From Verrucomicrobiaceae bacterium (lineage in GTDB: Bacteria; Verrucomicrobiota; Verrucomicrobiia; Verrucomicrobiales; Verrucomicrobiaceae), in the NCBI GenBank assembly GCA_024232965.1, contig JACKQF010000005.1, positions 249,632 to 313,631 on the forward strand: a stretch of 64,000 nt of DNA, in the 5' to 3' direction. Positions 36,001 through 44,921 of the stretch are shown piece after piece. Numbering within the stretch: position 1 is the stretch's first letter; each line of letters opens with the position of its first letter. A program made the translations under genes and the position numbers. The notes below the pieces were generated by a model. That model made no database searches. It was not told where the DNA came from and was given only the letters and a program-made list of their open reading frames with translations.

Positions 36001-38062
36001 AATGCACCGCGCGCTCGGCCTCCTGCGTCACTCCCCCAAGGCACGCGGCCAAGCTCTGCTCCATTGGCACGCATGGCCCGATGGGCCAGAGAAAAGCGCC
36101 TTTGATGCAATGATGCTCGCCCGTGGACGCATGGGCGCATCAGGTGCCTCACCAGCTCTATCGACCTCCACCAATATGCCGGAAGCAGCCACCACGGCTG
36201 CGCTGCTGGACGAACTCATGGCACGCGATTCAAAAGCGCCGCGCCTGCCCGTCACCCGCTCCGCACAGGCTGTCGAACTCGTCCGCAACTTCCGCAAGAC
36301 ACTGACCGCCAAGCGCATGTCAGCGGACTTTGACGCAGCGATGGAATCACTGAAGAACGAGCCAAAGCACCGCTTTCAGATTATCCTCGAGTGGCTGCAA
36401 GCCACCAGCAGTGAATGCGAAGAAGGCACCACCATTGAGGCCGCAGCACTGCTACTCATCAACGATCAACCACCCGCGACTCTTCCGCTATCTCCACCGT
36501 CCAAGGCCCAAATTAAGGGCCTCACCGGATCACACTCCCGAATTGATCAAGGCAACCTCACGCTCGACTACCACGAATTTACCGAGCGCCTCGCTCATTA
36601 CGAAGCTAACGTCGTGCCCATGTTTGAACGCTTCACCGCTCTGAAGCACGAACTCACCACCGCCAAGCGTGCGGCCCTCCGTCTTGATGAATTCAAAGCC
36701 GGCGTACTCAGTTCGTTCGTTCGCAATCGATTGCTCGACCAAGTCTATCTTCCACTCATCGGCGCGAACCTCGCCAAACAACTTGGCGCCGCCGGTGACA
36801 ATACCCGCACAGATCGCATGGGCCTACTCATGCTGATCTCCCCACCGGGCTACGGAAAAACGACCTTGATGGAATACGTCGCCAACCGTCTCGGCATCAC
36901 CTTTGTCAAAGTCAACGGACCCGCCATCGGCCATCGCGTTACCTCGCTCGATCCCGCAGAAGCACCGAATGCCAGCGCCCGCGAGGAGGTGGAAAAGATC
37001 AACCTCGCCTTTGAAATGGGTGATAACGTCATCATCTACCTCGATGACATCCAGCACACCAACCCAGAGTTTTTGCAAAAGTTCATCTCCCTCTGCGATG
37101 GCAGCCGCAAGATCGAAGGCGTCTATAGAGGCAAAGCCCGCACCTATGACCTGCGTGGACGCAAAGTCGGCGTCGTCATGGCCGGGAACCCCTACACCGA
37201 AATCGGCGGGAAGTTTCAAGTCCCAGACATGCTGGCCAACCGAGCAGATACCTACAACCTTGGAGATATTCTTGGCGGGCACGAGGCAGCCTTCAAAGAC
37301 AGCTACATCGAAAACGCCCTCACCAGCAATGCCGTGCTGGCCAAGATCGCCGCACGCAGCCACAAAGACGCGCTGACCATCCTCCAAATCGCGCAGACAG
37401 GCAGTCGCGAAGGCATTGAATTTGAGAGCAACTGCGGTGCCGATGAAGTCAACGAAGCCGTCGCCGTCATGGAAAAACTCCTGCACATCCGCGAGATCAT
37501 CCTGCGCGTGAACCAGGAGTACATCCGCAGCGCCGCGATGGAGGATGCCTACCGCACAGAGCCGCCGTTTAAGCTTCAGGGCAGCTATCGCAACATGAAC
37601 CGCATCGCAGAAAAAGTGCTGCCGCTCATGACCGACGCAGAGGTCCAGGCCATCATCGAAGACCACTACCGCGGCGAATCCCAAACGCTCAGCCAAGCCG
37701 CCGAAGCCAACCTCCTGAAGTGGCGCGAGATCAACGCCCTCATCACCGAGGCCGAGGCCAAACGCTGGGATGAAATCAAACGAACCTTCGGACGCAACCT
37801 CCTCACCGGCGGTGCCGGAGACAACGACCCCGTGTCCCGCATCACCGGACAGCTCAGCGCCTTCAACGTGGGCCTAGAAAAGATTGGCGATGCCGTCTCC
37901 CACCCCACCCTCTCCGCCACCACTATCAACCAGCTCACAAAAATCATTAGCGATCTCCGCGCCGTGCCCGTGAATGTAGAAATCAAAGTTCTGCCTGTGG
38001 AGCAAAAGAACGAATCCGACCTCCCCGTGCAGGTGGACGGCGAGGTGCGGCAAGGGGGATAA
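33080..38062 (+). CDS. Giant (1660 aa) protein of unknown function with a C-terminal MoxR/AAA_5-like AAA+ ATPase domain
   Basis: Single uninterrupted ORF. Walker A LISPPGYGKTT (nt ~36.85 kb). Walker B VIIYLDDIQHTNPEFLQKFISLCDG. Sensor-1 VGVVMAGNPYTE (MoxR-like ...ATQNPIE). N-terminal ~1200 aa have no recognisable domain (beta-rich ~450 aa, then helical/coiled-coil). Confidence 0.7.
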   Translation: MPDSPTTTADPKLEAGAYEVIRTRLTKHADELRRRVDLLNNDRKALFGGIETTLASTVRLTTENNCVPRDLAAIGPQRFVLGYNVHLGLRSQMQVADVFAIYDYHPEDHTFHPNKDGLLNDPKFSEDFDYLYRYYKNASFLKFHRNGPHLYMGMQVGRDISEVKVFKWLVDDDKGTIQYLGNRFDHEFVFPSPQEFEWKRARREMYRHGEHPHVSIEDRVFVETVGGDLTVKVENNTANGKGIYSEPVENKDQTLDDAEFHYAIIGNLILLKILPYQEKEYRHLVFNERTQEVHRIDSIAESCVLLPDDHGIIFPKGYALQTGEIKSFDTGLPVMQFERKIASSNGEDTLFVFHHVESGTYLLYAYNLIEQGVGTPLISNGYSLFPTGELVLIQGDPEPRKHHVIQVWTTPFLSDGVAAARTSANGSLLSKIGNSDIVRCMAECRGVLTLLAKEDSFSGLYIELSRRSGDIIDSYFWIDKPETHRIKETLVEIKGAAEAALGEFEKVRRMRKNARDQTDTLRTKVSKSLNEASGTDSSDIISFVKHLTTLRELRGQVIALRDVRYTVPEELTEMEESITAGTDRLSQQCVTFLLRPEALDPYRQQIAEQKALIANVKKVAEAEEVEQALAQSGTELEMLISVVGGLKIKDATETTRIIESISELYAQLNQVRSVLRNRRSDLAKAEGSAEFQAQLSLLNQSVANYLEVCTTPEKCDEALTRVMVQLEEIEGRFSDFEDFTADLTTKREEIYTAFQSRRQALVENRNKRCQALGQSAERILTSLRNRVVTFAKPEEVHAHLASDVMAVKLRDLIEELRKLGDSVRADELGTRFKTLREDALKQIRDKADLFSEGGDLIQFGRHKFTVNRQPLELTTLPRDGELFFHLTGTRFFEKVQHPDLDSCRSVWEQAVISEDATVYRGEFLAWKFMQTQLHSDAEPTLEAIRDFMHQRYQEGYTKGVHDHDAFLIVSELIKMHRALGLLRHSPKARGQALLHWHAWPDGPEKSAFDAMMLARGRMGASGASPALSTSTNMPEAATTAALLDELMARDSKAPRLPVTRSAQAVELVRNFRKTLTAKRMSADFDAAMESLKNEPKHRFQIILEWLQATSSECEEGTTIEAAALLLINDQPPATLPLSPPSKAQIKGLTGSHSRIDQGNLTLDYHEFTERLAHYEANVVPMFERFTALKHELTTAKRAALRLDEFKAGVLSSFVRNRLLDQVYLPLIGANLAKQLGAAGDNTRTDRMGLLMLISPPGYGKTTLMEYVANRLGITFVKVNGPAIGHRVTSLDPAEAPNASAREEVEKINLAFEMGDNVIIYLDDIQHTNPEFLQKFISLCDGSRKIEGVYRGKARTYDLRGRKVGVVMAGNPYTEIGGKFQVPDMLANRADTYNLGDILGGHEAAFKDSYIENALTSNAVLAKIAARSHKDALTILQIAQTGSREGIEFESNCGADEVNEAVAVMEKLLHIREIILRVNQEYIRSAAMEDAYRTEPPFKLQGSYRNMNRIAEKVLPLMTDAEVQAIIEDHYRGESQTLSQAAEANLLKWREINALITEAEAKRWDEIKRTFGRNLLTGGAGDNDPVSRITGQLSAFNVGLEKIGDAVSHPTLSATTINQLTKIISDLRAVPVNVEIKVLPVEQKNESDLPVQVDGEVRQGG

Positions 38063-38253
38063 AGACGATCTCGTCCTGCGGCTGACCGCCGCCCCCCAGC
38101 CCCAAGGAGCGGGTCATGGCGATTGCTCCTATTTTCATGGGCGGTCTCTTTTGCGCCTCACTCGCACCGGCCTCATAGAGGCCAGCTACAACCCTCCAAT
38201 ACTCCAACACTCCACCCCCGCGGGTTCAGTTGCTCATACCTCACATCGCCCAG

Positions 38254-39057
38254 CTACAACTGTCCCAAGGTCCACCGCACCGCGTTCGAGATCAACCGCC
38301 GCACAGATGCCTGCGCCACGTCCTCAGGTGCGCCCAGGCTTGTGTAAAAAACCCGCGCCTTCCCAGGGCCATAGAGTCGCGTCCAAGCGATGGGCTGAGC
38401 CGGCTCGATCCCTTGGGCGGTCCCCAGTAACAGCGGAGAGGCATCGGCAGCCAAGGGCAGCACTCGGTAGAGCGATTGATACCCACGGATGGTCCCCGGC
38501 TCCACCCCCTCAAGCAGCGGACTGGCTTTTGCAGCAGCAGGATGGACTTCCACCCGATAGGGCAGCCCCTTGGTTTCGTAGCCCGTGTTCTGGCAGCCCA
38601 AAACTTCAGGAGTAAACTCGGGCCAAGCAACACAACCCTCAGGCAGCGGTGGATCCTTTGGACTCACCGCGAACCCATGATTGGCAGTGCGAATTCCCAA
38701 CAAAGGCTTCCCCGCCGCAAGGTGCTCCCGGATAGCCTCCAGATCCGCCAGCGGTGGCGTGGCACGACGCACAAACACAATCAACAAATCCGCAGTCTTG
38801 AGCGCAGGTGCCAGCCCCTCAAGTCGAGTCGGCTTTGGCTGATTCCCCTGTACAATCGTGACATGATGCCCAGCGGGCCGCAGTTCTTTTTCAGCGAAGG
38901 CCGAGAGAAAATTGACCGCATCGTAGTTGTTTGGATCTTCCACCGTAACGCAAACGATTTCCGCCGACCTCAGATTCACGCAAAGCAAACCGAACAAAAC
39001 CAGTTGGACCCAATGCCTTGTGCGATGTCCGAATGGGATAGGAAAACTGAGGATCAT
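38254..39057 (-). CDS. Secreted ThuA-like / class-I glutamine-amidotransferase-like domain protein (tentative)
   Basis: Start set at MILSF... 18 nt inside the upstream gene's end. Hydrophobic N-terminus. IVCVTVEDPNNYDAVNF...TADLLIVFVRR...GKPLLGIRTANHGF pattern, reminiscent of ThuA/GATase1-like folds. Confidence 0.3.
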   Translation of the reverse strand: MILSFPIPFGHRTRHWVQLVLFGLLCVNLRSAEIVCVTVEDPNNYDAVNFLSAFAEKELRPAGHHVTIVQGNQPKPTRLEGLAPALKTADLLIVFVRRATPPLADLEAIREHLAAGKPLLGIRTANHGFAVSPKDPPLPEGCVAWPEFTPEVLGCQNTGYETKGLPYRVEVHPAAAKASPLLEGVEPGTIRGYQSLYRVLPLAADASPLLLGTAQGIEPAQPIAWTRLYGPGKARVFYTSLGAPEDVAQASVRRLISNAVRWTLGQL

Positions 39058-39071
39058 GATGATGACGAAGG

Positions 39072-41234
39072 CTAACGCACCGTGATGAAATCGTTGTGAT
39101 TTAGGAGAGTGTGAACAATTGCGGTCCTGGCGGTGGTGGGATCTCCGAGAGTTGGGAGAGCTTCCAGGCATGCATTCATTTCTTCTTCGCTTGGTGGCGT
39201 GGCGAGGATGAGTTGAAATGCAGCCTGAATAAAGGGGCGGTTCTCGGTAGGCAGCGCCTTCGCGATGGATTCGGCAGCAGACAAAGCGATGCCTCCATTC
39301 ATCAGCGCCAGCGCCTGTTGCGGAACGATGCTTTCGGCACGGCGGTAACATTCGAGGATGTTGGCGTTGTCAAAGGTATTGAGGAATGCAGCGGCGTTGT
39401 CGCGTGAATGAGTGAGATACAGGCTGCGACGTTGAACTTTGGCCTCTTCGTTATCGCCGAGAGGTGGACCACCCAAAGTTGAATCTAATCGTCCAGACAA
39501 TTGCAGGAGGCTATCACGCATGGTTTGCGCATCCAATCGGATGGCGTTCATGCGCCAATACATTTTGTTTTCAGGATCACGTTCTGCATCGATGCTGGGC
39601 GCGTTCGCGGTGCTGCTGGTCATACCGTAAGTATCGGAAAGCACCATGAGGCGATGCAGGTGCTTCAGGCTCCATCCGCTGTCCATAAACTCGACCGCTA
39701 GCCAATCCAGCAGCGCCTGATGTTGCGGGGCTGGGCTGCGGCGTCCAAAGTCCATGACATCCGCAACGAGAGGCTGCCCGAAATGGCGGAGCCACAAGTG
39801 ATTCACCAGGACGCGAGCCGTCAGCGGATTTTGCCGATCTGTGATCCATACTGCCAATGCTGTGCGACGACCTGTGCTAGTTTGCGGAAACGGCAAGTAG
39901 AGCGTAGCATCCTCCTCATCGGGGCCTTCACGCGCCTTCAACGATCCGACGATGCGGTAAGGTTGGCCTTGCCCCTTTTTCTGATTCGCGATGGCGGTGT
40001 GCATCGCCGTCTCTGCTGCGGATTTTTTATCTGGTTTGGCCTCCGCTACCGCGAGCTTTGCCTTCGCGACCTCGTAGGCGAGATTGGAAGCAACATCTTG
40101 CCGTCGGATAGCTCGCACTTTGCACTGTGCCGCCTTGATCTTTAGGACGGCAACTTCAGCGCCAACGCCCTTGTGCAAAGCAGCCTTCGCGGTTTGGAGT
40201 TCTCTGATGGCGGCGGCGATCTGATCTCCCTTCACAAATTTCTGCGTCTCGGGCTTCGCTGCGTGGATGGGCAAGGACACGGGTGTGATCTGAAGCGGCT
40301 TAAAGGCCAGCGCCGCAGGGATAGCAGGCGCAATGGCGGCCGAGGTGTCTTGGTTATTGTCGTCACCTTTAATGTGCAAGTAGGTGGCCTGTTGCAAATG
40401 TAAATCGTAGGCCCGAGGAAGTCCGTCCTTTTCAAGATCAGGCTGCCCAGGCAGCACATCCAAACGCACATGATAGGGTTCGAAGATGGCACGCATAGCG
40501 TAGTAGTCCTCGTGCGTGAAGGGATCGTACTTATGCGCGTGGCACTTTACGCAGTTCATGGTGAGGCCGAGAAAGGCCTTGCTAGTGTGTTCGATGACGT
40601 CGTCTAGCCAAGTTGTGCGATTGAAGAGGTAATAGTTGCGAGCCAAGAACCCTGTCGCACGGAGAACGTCAGGATCATCAGGAGCGATCTCATCACCGGC
40701 GAGCATCTCTGTGATCATGCGGTCGTAACCCTTGTCCGCATTCAGCGATTGAATAATCCAGTCGCGCCAATGCCAGAGATGCTTCTGACTATTGCGCAAC
40801 TGACTGCCAAGACCGTACCAATCGGCATACCGCCAGATATCCATGAAGTGACGGCCCCAACGCTCGCCGTATTGGGGTGAAGCAAGAAGGCGATCGACAA
40901 CCCGACGACGAGCCCCCTGAAGGTCTGTGCCAGCGTCTTTTTTAAAAACCTGCATCTGCTCAGCGCTGGGTGGGAGTCCGATGAGATCAAGGTAAACACG
41001 CCGCAACCAGAGGCTTGGTGAAGCAGCAGGCTGGGGGATGAGGCCAGCGGCTGTTCGTTTTGGTTGAATCAATTCATCGATGGACCGCGACCCGCCCTCG
41101 GCCACCTCCGGCGCAACGAAGGCCCAATGCGGAGGGCCAGATGCGGGCAATGGAGGACGATCTGTACCCGACAACTTTCCCGCTGTCACAGACATTAGCG
41201 ACAGGGCTAGAAATCGAGCGAAATGGGCAGTCAT
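39072..41234 (-). CDS. DUF1549/DUF1553 domain protein (PSD1 family without cytochrome-c modules)
   Basis: Signal-like MTAHFARFLALSLMSVTAG. The start at 41234 avoids overlap with the divergent M20 gene. DUF1549 (YLDLIGLPPSAEQMQVF). DUF1553 (NCVKCHAHKYDPFTHEDYYAMRAIF). Confidence 0.75.
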   Translation of the reverse strand: MTAHFARFLALSLMSVTAGKLSGTDRPPLPASGPPHWAFVAPEVAEGGSRSIDELIQPKRTAAGLIPQPAASPSLWLRRVYLDLIGLPPSAEQMQVFKKDAGTDLQGARRRVVDRLLASPQYGERWGRHFMDIWRYADWYGLGSQLRNSQKHLWHWRDWIIQSLNADKGYDRMITEMLAGDEIAPDDPDVLRATGFLARNYYLFNRTTWLDDVIEHTSKAFLGLTMNCVKCHAHKYDPFTHEDYYAMRAIFEPYHVRLDVLPGQPDLEKDGLPRAYDLHLQQATYLHIKGDDNNQDTSAAIAPAIPAALAFKPLQITPVSLPIHAAKPETQKFVKGDQIAAAIRELQTAKAALHKGVGAEVAVLKIKAAQCKVRAIRRQDVASNLAYEVAKAKLAVAEAKPDKKSAAETAMHTAIANQKKGQGQPYRIVGSLKAREGPDEEDATLYLPFPQTSTGRRTALAVWITDRQNPLTARVLVNHLWLRHFGQPLVADVMDFGRRSPAPQHQALLDWLAVEFMDSGWSLKHLHRLMVLSDTYGMTSSTANAPSIDAERDPENKMYWRMNAIRLDAQTMRDSLLQLSGRLDSTLGGPPLGDNEEAKVQRRSLYLTHSRDNAAAFLNTFDNANILECYRRAESIVPQQALALMNGGIALSAAESIAKALPTENRPFIQAAFQLILATPPSEEEMNACLEALPTLGDPTTARTAIVHTLLNHNDFITVR

Positions 41235-41301
41235 GCGGGGCAGCAATACGTTGCGAACGGGGCATCCTTTGCAGTGGACGATTTCATCAGACTGTGGCTG
41301 A

Positions 41302-42480
41302 GTGTTGGCGATGAACTTCCGAATGCCCGAAAGCGTGATCGAACTGGCCCAGGCACTGGTGCGCATTCCATCGGTCAACCCGGACGGCGATCCTGGCACG
41401 GACTGCATCGGCGAAGAAGCCTGCGCGCGCTATGTGGCTGACTTTTTGGAAGCCGCAGGAGCTGAGGCCTTTCTGGACGAGGTCGTGCCAGGCCGCCCAA
41501 ACGTCATCGGGCGATTCAGCAGCACGCCTTCAACGGATGGGCAGAAGAAGCCACGCATCGTCTTCGGTCCCCACACAGACACCGTCAGCGTGGGCGGAAT
41601 GACCATTGATCCCTTTGGCGGAGAGATCCGCGATGGCCGTCTGTGGGGCCGCGGCGCGTCCGACACCAAGGGCACAATGGCGTCGATGCTGTGGGCACTC
41701 TGGGTAATGCGGAAGGAGATACCGGATCTCGCCGTCGAGGTACACTTCGCCGGGTTCATGTCAGAAGAGTCAGCTCAACTGGGCTCCCAACACTTCGCCA
41801 AGCACCACGGTCCGTACGATCTGGCATTGGTGGGCGAGCCAACGGAATTGCAAATCGTCCACAAGCACAAGGGCTGCGTCTGGGCGGACGTGATCACCAC
41901 AGGAGTGGCCTGCCACGGCGCTACGCCCGAGCGAGGAGTGAATGCAATCGTCAAAATGGCCTGTCTGATTGATGCGCTCGACACAACTTTTCGCGAGGAA
42001 CTGGCCGCCGCAGATTCCGATGAGGTGCTCGGCCACAGCACCATCAACCTCGGCATGATTAACGGCGGCACCCGATCAAACATCGTCGCTGACCACTGCA
42101 TGCTACGAGTGGACATGCGAGTCACCCCAGGGCTTCTGGCGAAGGGTGGCGGGCTGAAACTCTTGGAGAACTTTGTGACCAAAATTGACCCCACTGCGTC
42201 CGTGAAATTGAGCAGCCAATCACACGCGCTCGACACCGCCCCAAACCAACCCGGCATCCGCAAGCTCCAAGGCTGCGGCGCAGGATTGGTCGGCGCCCCA
42301 TGGTTCTGCGATGCGGCATTTCTCGCGGCCGGGGGAACACCAGCCATCGCCATCGGCCCGGGCTCTATCGCTCAGGCACACACGAAGGATGAGTTCATCA
42401 CCCTCGCTGATCTGGAAGCTGGCGCTGCATTTTTCACAGACTTTTTGAAATCACTGACAACCTGGGATGTGAGCGTATGA
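41302..42480 (+). CDS. M20-family metallopeptidase (ArgE/DapE-like deacylase)
   Basis: LVRIPSVNPDGD...GPHTDTVSVG...GRGASDTKG...HFAGFMSEE. Metal ligands are typical of M20. Confidence 0.8.
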   Translation: MLAMNFRMPESVIELAQALVRIPSVNPDGDPGTDCIGEEACARYVADFLEAAGAEAFLDEVVPGRPNVIGRFSSTPSTDGQKKPRIVFGPHTDTVSVGGMTIDPFGGEIRDGRLWGRGASDTKGTMASMLWALWVMRKEIPDLAVEVHFAGFMSEESAQLGSQHFAKHHGPYDLALVGEPTELQIVHKHKGCVWADVITTGVACHGATPERGVNAIVKMACLIDALDTTFREELAAADSDEVLGHSTINLGMINGGTRSNIVADHCMLRVDMRVTPGLLAKGGGLKLLENFVTKIDPTASVKLSSQSHALDTAPNQPGIRKLQGCGAGLVGAPWFCDAAFLAAGGTPAIAIGPGSIAQAHTKDEFITLADLEAGAAFFTDFLKSLTTWDVSV

Positions 42481-43232
42481 AAAACTATTGGGTCATTGGT
42501 GGTGCAGGTTGGCTGGGCAGGCCCGTGGTGCGACGTCTCGCCTCAAAGGGGTCGTCCGTTTTGTGTGCAGATCTACCGGGGCGCGCAGTTGAATGGCTTA
42601 GCACGGAGAATGATGTCGCAGGAATCACGCCCGGTGATTTTGATGCCTTTCAGGCAGACGCCATTGCAGCCTGGGTCGCAGACCGCCTTGACGAAGGCGG
42701 GATTCCGGACGGTGTCGTGAATCTGACATACGCATCGACCGCTCGGCAGCTCAGCGATCTCACGGCGGAGGAATTTGATCGCGTCAACCATGGCAACTTG
42801 ACCTGCACCCTCTTGCTGACCCGAGCCATTGCCGACGCAATGGCAAGTCGGGGTTCCGGTAGCATCGTGCTTTTCTCCAGCATGTATGGTGGTCTATCGC
42901 CTGACCCATCGATCTACGGTCCGGGAATGAATCCCAACCCTATCGAGTATGGCGTCAACAAAGCCGGCATCCGCCAAATGGCGCGCTACTTGGCCGTGCA
43001 CTACGGACCCATGGGTGTGCGTTGCAATTCGATCTCACCAGGCCCCTTCCCCAACGCCACCATTCAGGAACGGGATCCAGCATTCGTCAGCAGGCTGTCG
43101 TCCAAAGTTCCGATGGGACGCGTCGGAAACCCGGAGGAAATTGCAGGTGCAGTTGCCTTTTTGCTTGGCCAGGATTCATCATTCATCACGGGCATCGATC
43201 TGCCTGTTGATGGCGGCTGGACAGCCTGGTAA
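42477..43232 (+). CDS. SDR-family short-chain dehydrogenase/reductase
   Basis: N-terminal GGAGWLG Rossmann motif. S...Y(x)3K catalytic pattern (SSMYGG...YGVNKAG). 4-nt overlap with the M20 gene. Confidence 0.8.
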   Translation: MKNYWVIGGAGWLGRPVVRRLASKGSSVLCADLPGRAVEWLSTENDVAGITPGDFDAFQADAIAAWVADRLDEGGIPDGVVNLTYASTARQLSDLTAEEFDRVNHGNLTCTLLLTRAIADAMASRGSGSIVLFSSMYGGLSPDPSIYGPGMNPNPIEYGVNKAGIRQMARYLAVHYGPMGVRCNSISPGPFPNATIQERDPAFVSRLSSKVPMGRVGNPEEIAGAVAFLLGQDSSFITGIDLPVDGGWTAW

Positions 43233-43241
43233 CTCCTGCGC

Positions 43242-44045
43242 TCACGCACAACAGGTTGGCCCAGGCGGGACGGCAGTCTGATCGCGGCGGTTGAACGCGA
43301 TGCAGTCACTGTATTTGACGCCCGTACCACCAAACATGTCAAGCGCACTGCCGATGGTGGCATCCACCCGACCATCACTGGCATCCTGAATCCTCCACAG
43401 GTCATCAATGCTACTTACACCACCGGCATAAGTCACAGGGATCGGAGAATACTCTCCCAGAAAGCGCACAAGCGGCTCGTCGATGCCTTCGCACTTTCCT
43501 TCCACATCGACCGCATGAATCAAAAACTCGGCGCACTGTGAAGCCAAAGTCGCCAGCGTCTCGGGCGATAACTCCAAATTCGTGATCGTTTGCCAGCGAT
43601 TCATGGCCACAACCCATCCGCCAGCAGTCGCTTTACAACTCAGATCGATAACCAGCCGTTCTTTGGGAATCACGGCCAGGAGTGCGTCCAACCGGGATTG
43701 CAGAAACTTGCCTTCCTTATCGAAAAGGTTACTGGTCACAATGACATGGCTGGCTCCGGCGTCCAGGTATTGGCGCGCATTCGCGGCTGAGATCCCACCA
43801 CCGACTTGAAGTCCGCCAGGAAATCCAGCCAAGGCCCAAAGTGCGGCCTTCTCGTTCCCAGGCCCAAGCATGATCACATGCCCACCGGGAGTATTGTCTT
43901 GCCAATACTGGCGAGCAAACCAAGAGGAATCCCTGTCGCTAACGAAGTTTGTCTTCAGGGCGCGACCGTCGTCAGTGAGACTGGAGCCGACGATCTGCTT
44001 CACCCGACCATCATGAAGATCGATACAGGGCCGAAAGCGTGTCAT
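43242..44045 (-). CDS. hisA: HisA-like ProFAR isomerase, eukaryotic HIS6-type
   Basis: FRPCIDLHDGRVKQIVGSSL (compare yeast HIS6 FRPCIDLHNGQVKQIVGG). (beta/alpha)8 pattern with a C-terminal GG...D phosphate-binding motif. ATGA overlap with map. Confidence 0.6.
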   Translation of the reverse strand: MTRFRPCIDLHDGRVKQIVGSSLTDDGRALKTNFVSDRDSSWFARQYWQDNTPGGHVIMLGPGNEKAALWALAGFPGGLQVGGGISAANARQYLDAGASHVIVTSNLFDKEGKFLQSRLDALLAVIPKERLVIDLSCKATAGGWVVAMNRWQTITNLELSPETLATLASQCAEFLIHAVDVEGKCEGIDEPLVRFLGEYSPIPVTYAGGVSSIDDLWRIQDASDGRVDATIGSALDMFGGTGVKYSDCIAFNRRDQTAVPPGPTCCA

Positions 44046-44875
44046 TCCACAGACAGTTCTGAGATCGGACGTGGCACCAAGTCTTTCGTGCCATGGGGGA
44101 ACATGCGACCGCGATTGGTTACGATGTCCGGCTCGCCATTAGTGATCAGCACCATGTGCTCATAGTGAGACGATGGCTTCCGATCGGTAGCGATCACCGT
44201 CCAGCCGTCTGCCAAAATGCGTGTTTTGTCCGAACCAAGGTTCACCATTGGCTCGATGGCCAGAGTCATCCCCGCCTTCAAACGCGGGCGATCACCACGC
44301 TTGCCGTAGTTGGGCACTTGCGGTTCTTCATGGAGTTTCCGGCCGACACCATGTCCCACGAACTCTTTGACCACAGTAAAGCCGAATTGGCTCACGTGAT
44401 TTTCGACACTCCAGCACAAGTCACCAAGCATGTGGCCGTCTCTTGCGTGATCAATCGCGACATGCAACGACTCCTCGGTCGCCGCGAGCAACCGCATTGT
44501 ATCCGGCTCAACATTTCCCACTGGAACGGTCAGGGCATTGTCGCCAATCCATCCGTCATACTGAATGCCAATGTCGATTTTAACGATATCCCCGTCTTGA
44601 ATCACTCGAGGGCCGCCAATACCATGCACCACCTCTTCGTTGATGGAGATGCAAATATTACCAGGGAACCCGCGATAGCCAAGAAATGCACTCTTGCATC
44701 CTCTGGCCCGCATTTCTGCGGCAGCTAGTCGATCAATCTGTGCTGTGGTGGCACCGATGTGAACCTCTGCCGCAGTTTTCAACAGAATGTCCCGGGCCAT
44801 CTGACCCGCCTTGCGAATGCACGCTTGCTGAGGCCCATGGCGAATGGGAATACGCCCTGCGGTTAAGAGGCCCAT
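44042..44875 (-). CDS. map: Methionine aminopeptidase type I
   Basis: Metal ligands D...D...H...E...E in canonical spacing (FLGYRGFPGNICISINEEVVHGIG...DIVKIDIG...VKEFVGHGVG...EPMV...). Confidence 0.9.
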   Translation of the reverse strand: MGLLTAGRIPIRHGPQQACIRKAGQMARDILLKTAAEVHIGATTAQIDRLAAAEMRARGCKSAFLGYRGFPGNICISINEEVVHGIGGPRVIQDGDIVKIDIGIQYDGWIGDNALTVPVGNVEPDTMRLLAATEESLHVAIDHARDGHMLGDLCWSVENHVSQFGFTVVKEFVGHGVGRKLHEEPQVPNYGKRGDRPRLKAGMTLAIEPMVNLGSDKTRILADGWTVIATDRKPSSHYEHMVLITNGEPDIVTNRGRMFPHGTKDLVPRPISELSVE

Positions 44876-44921
44876 GGAAAGATCAAAATGGAAGAGGGCT
44901 CTGCCGAAGCAGAGCCAAAGA

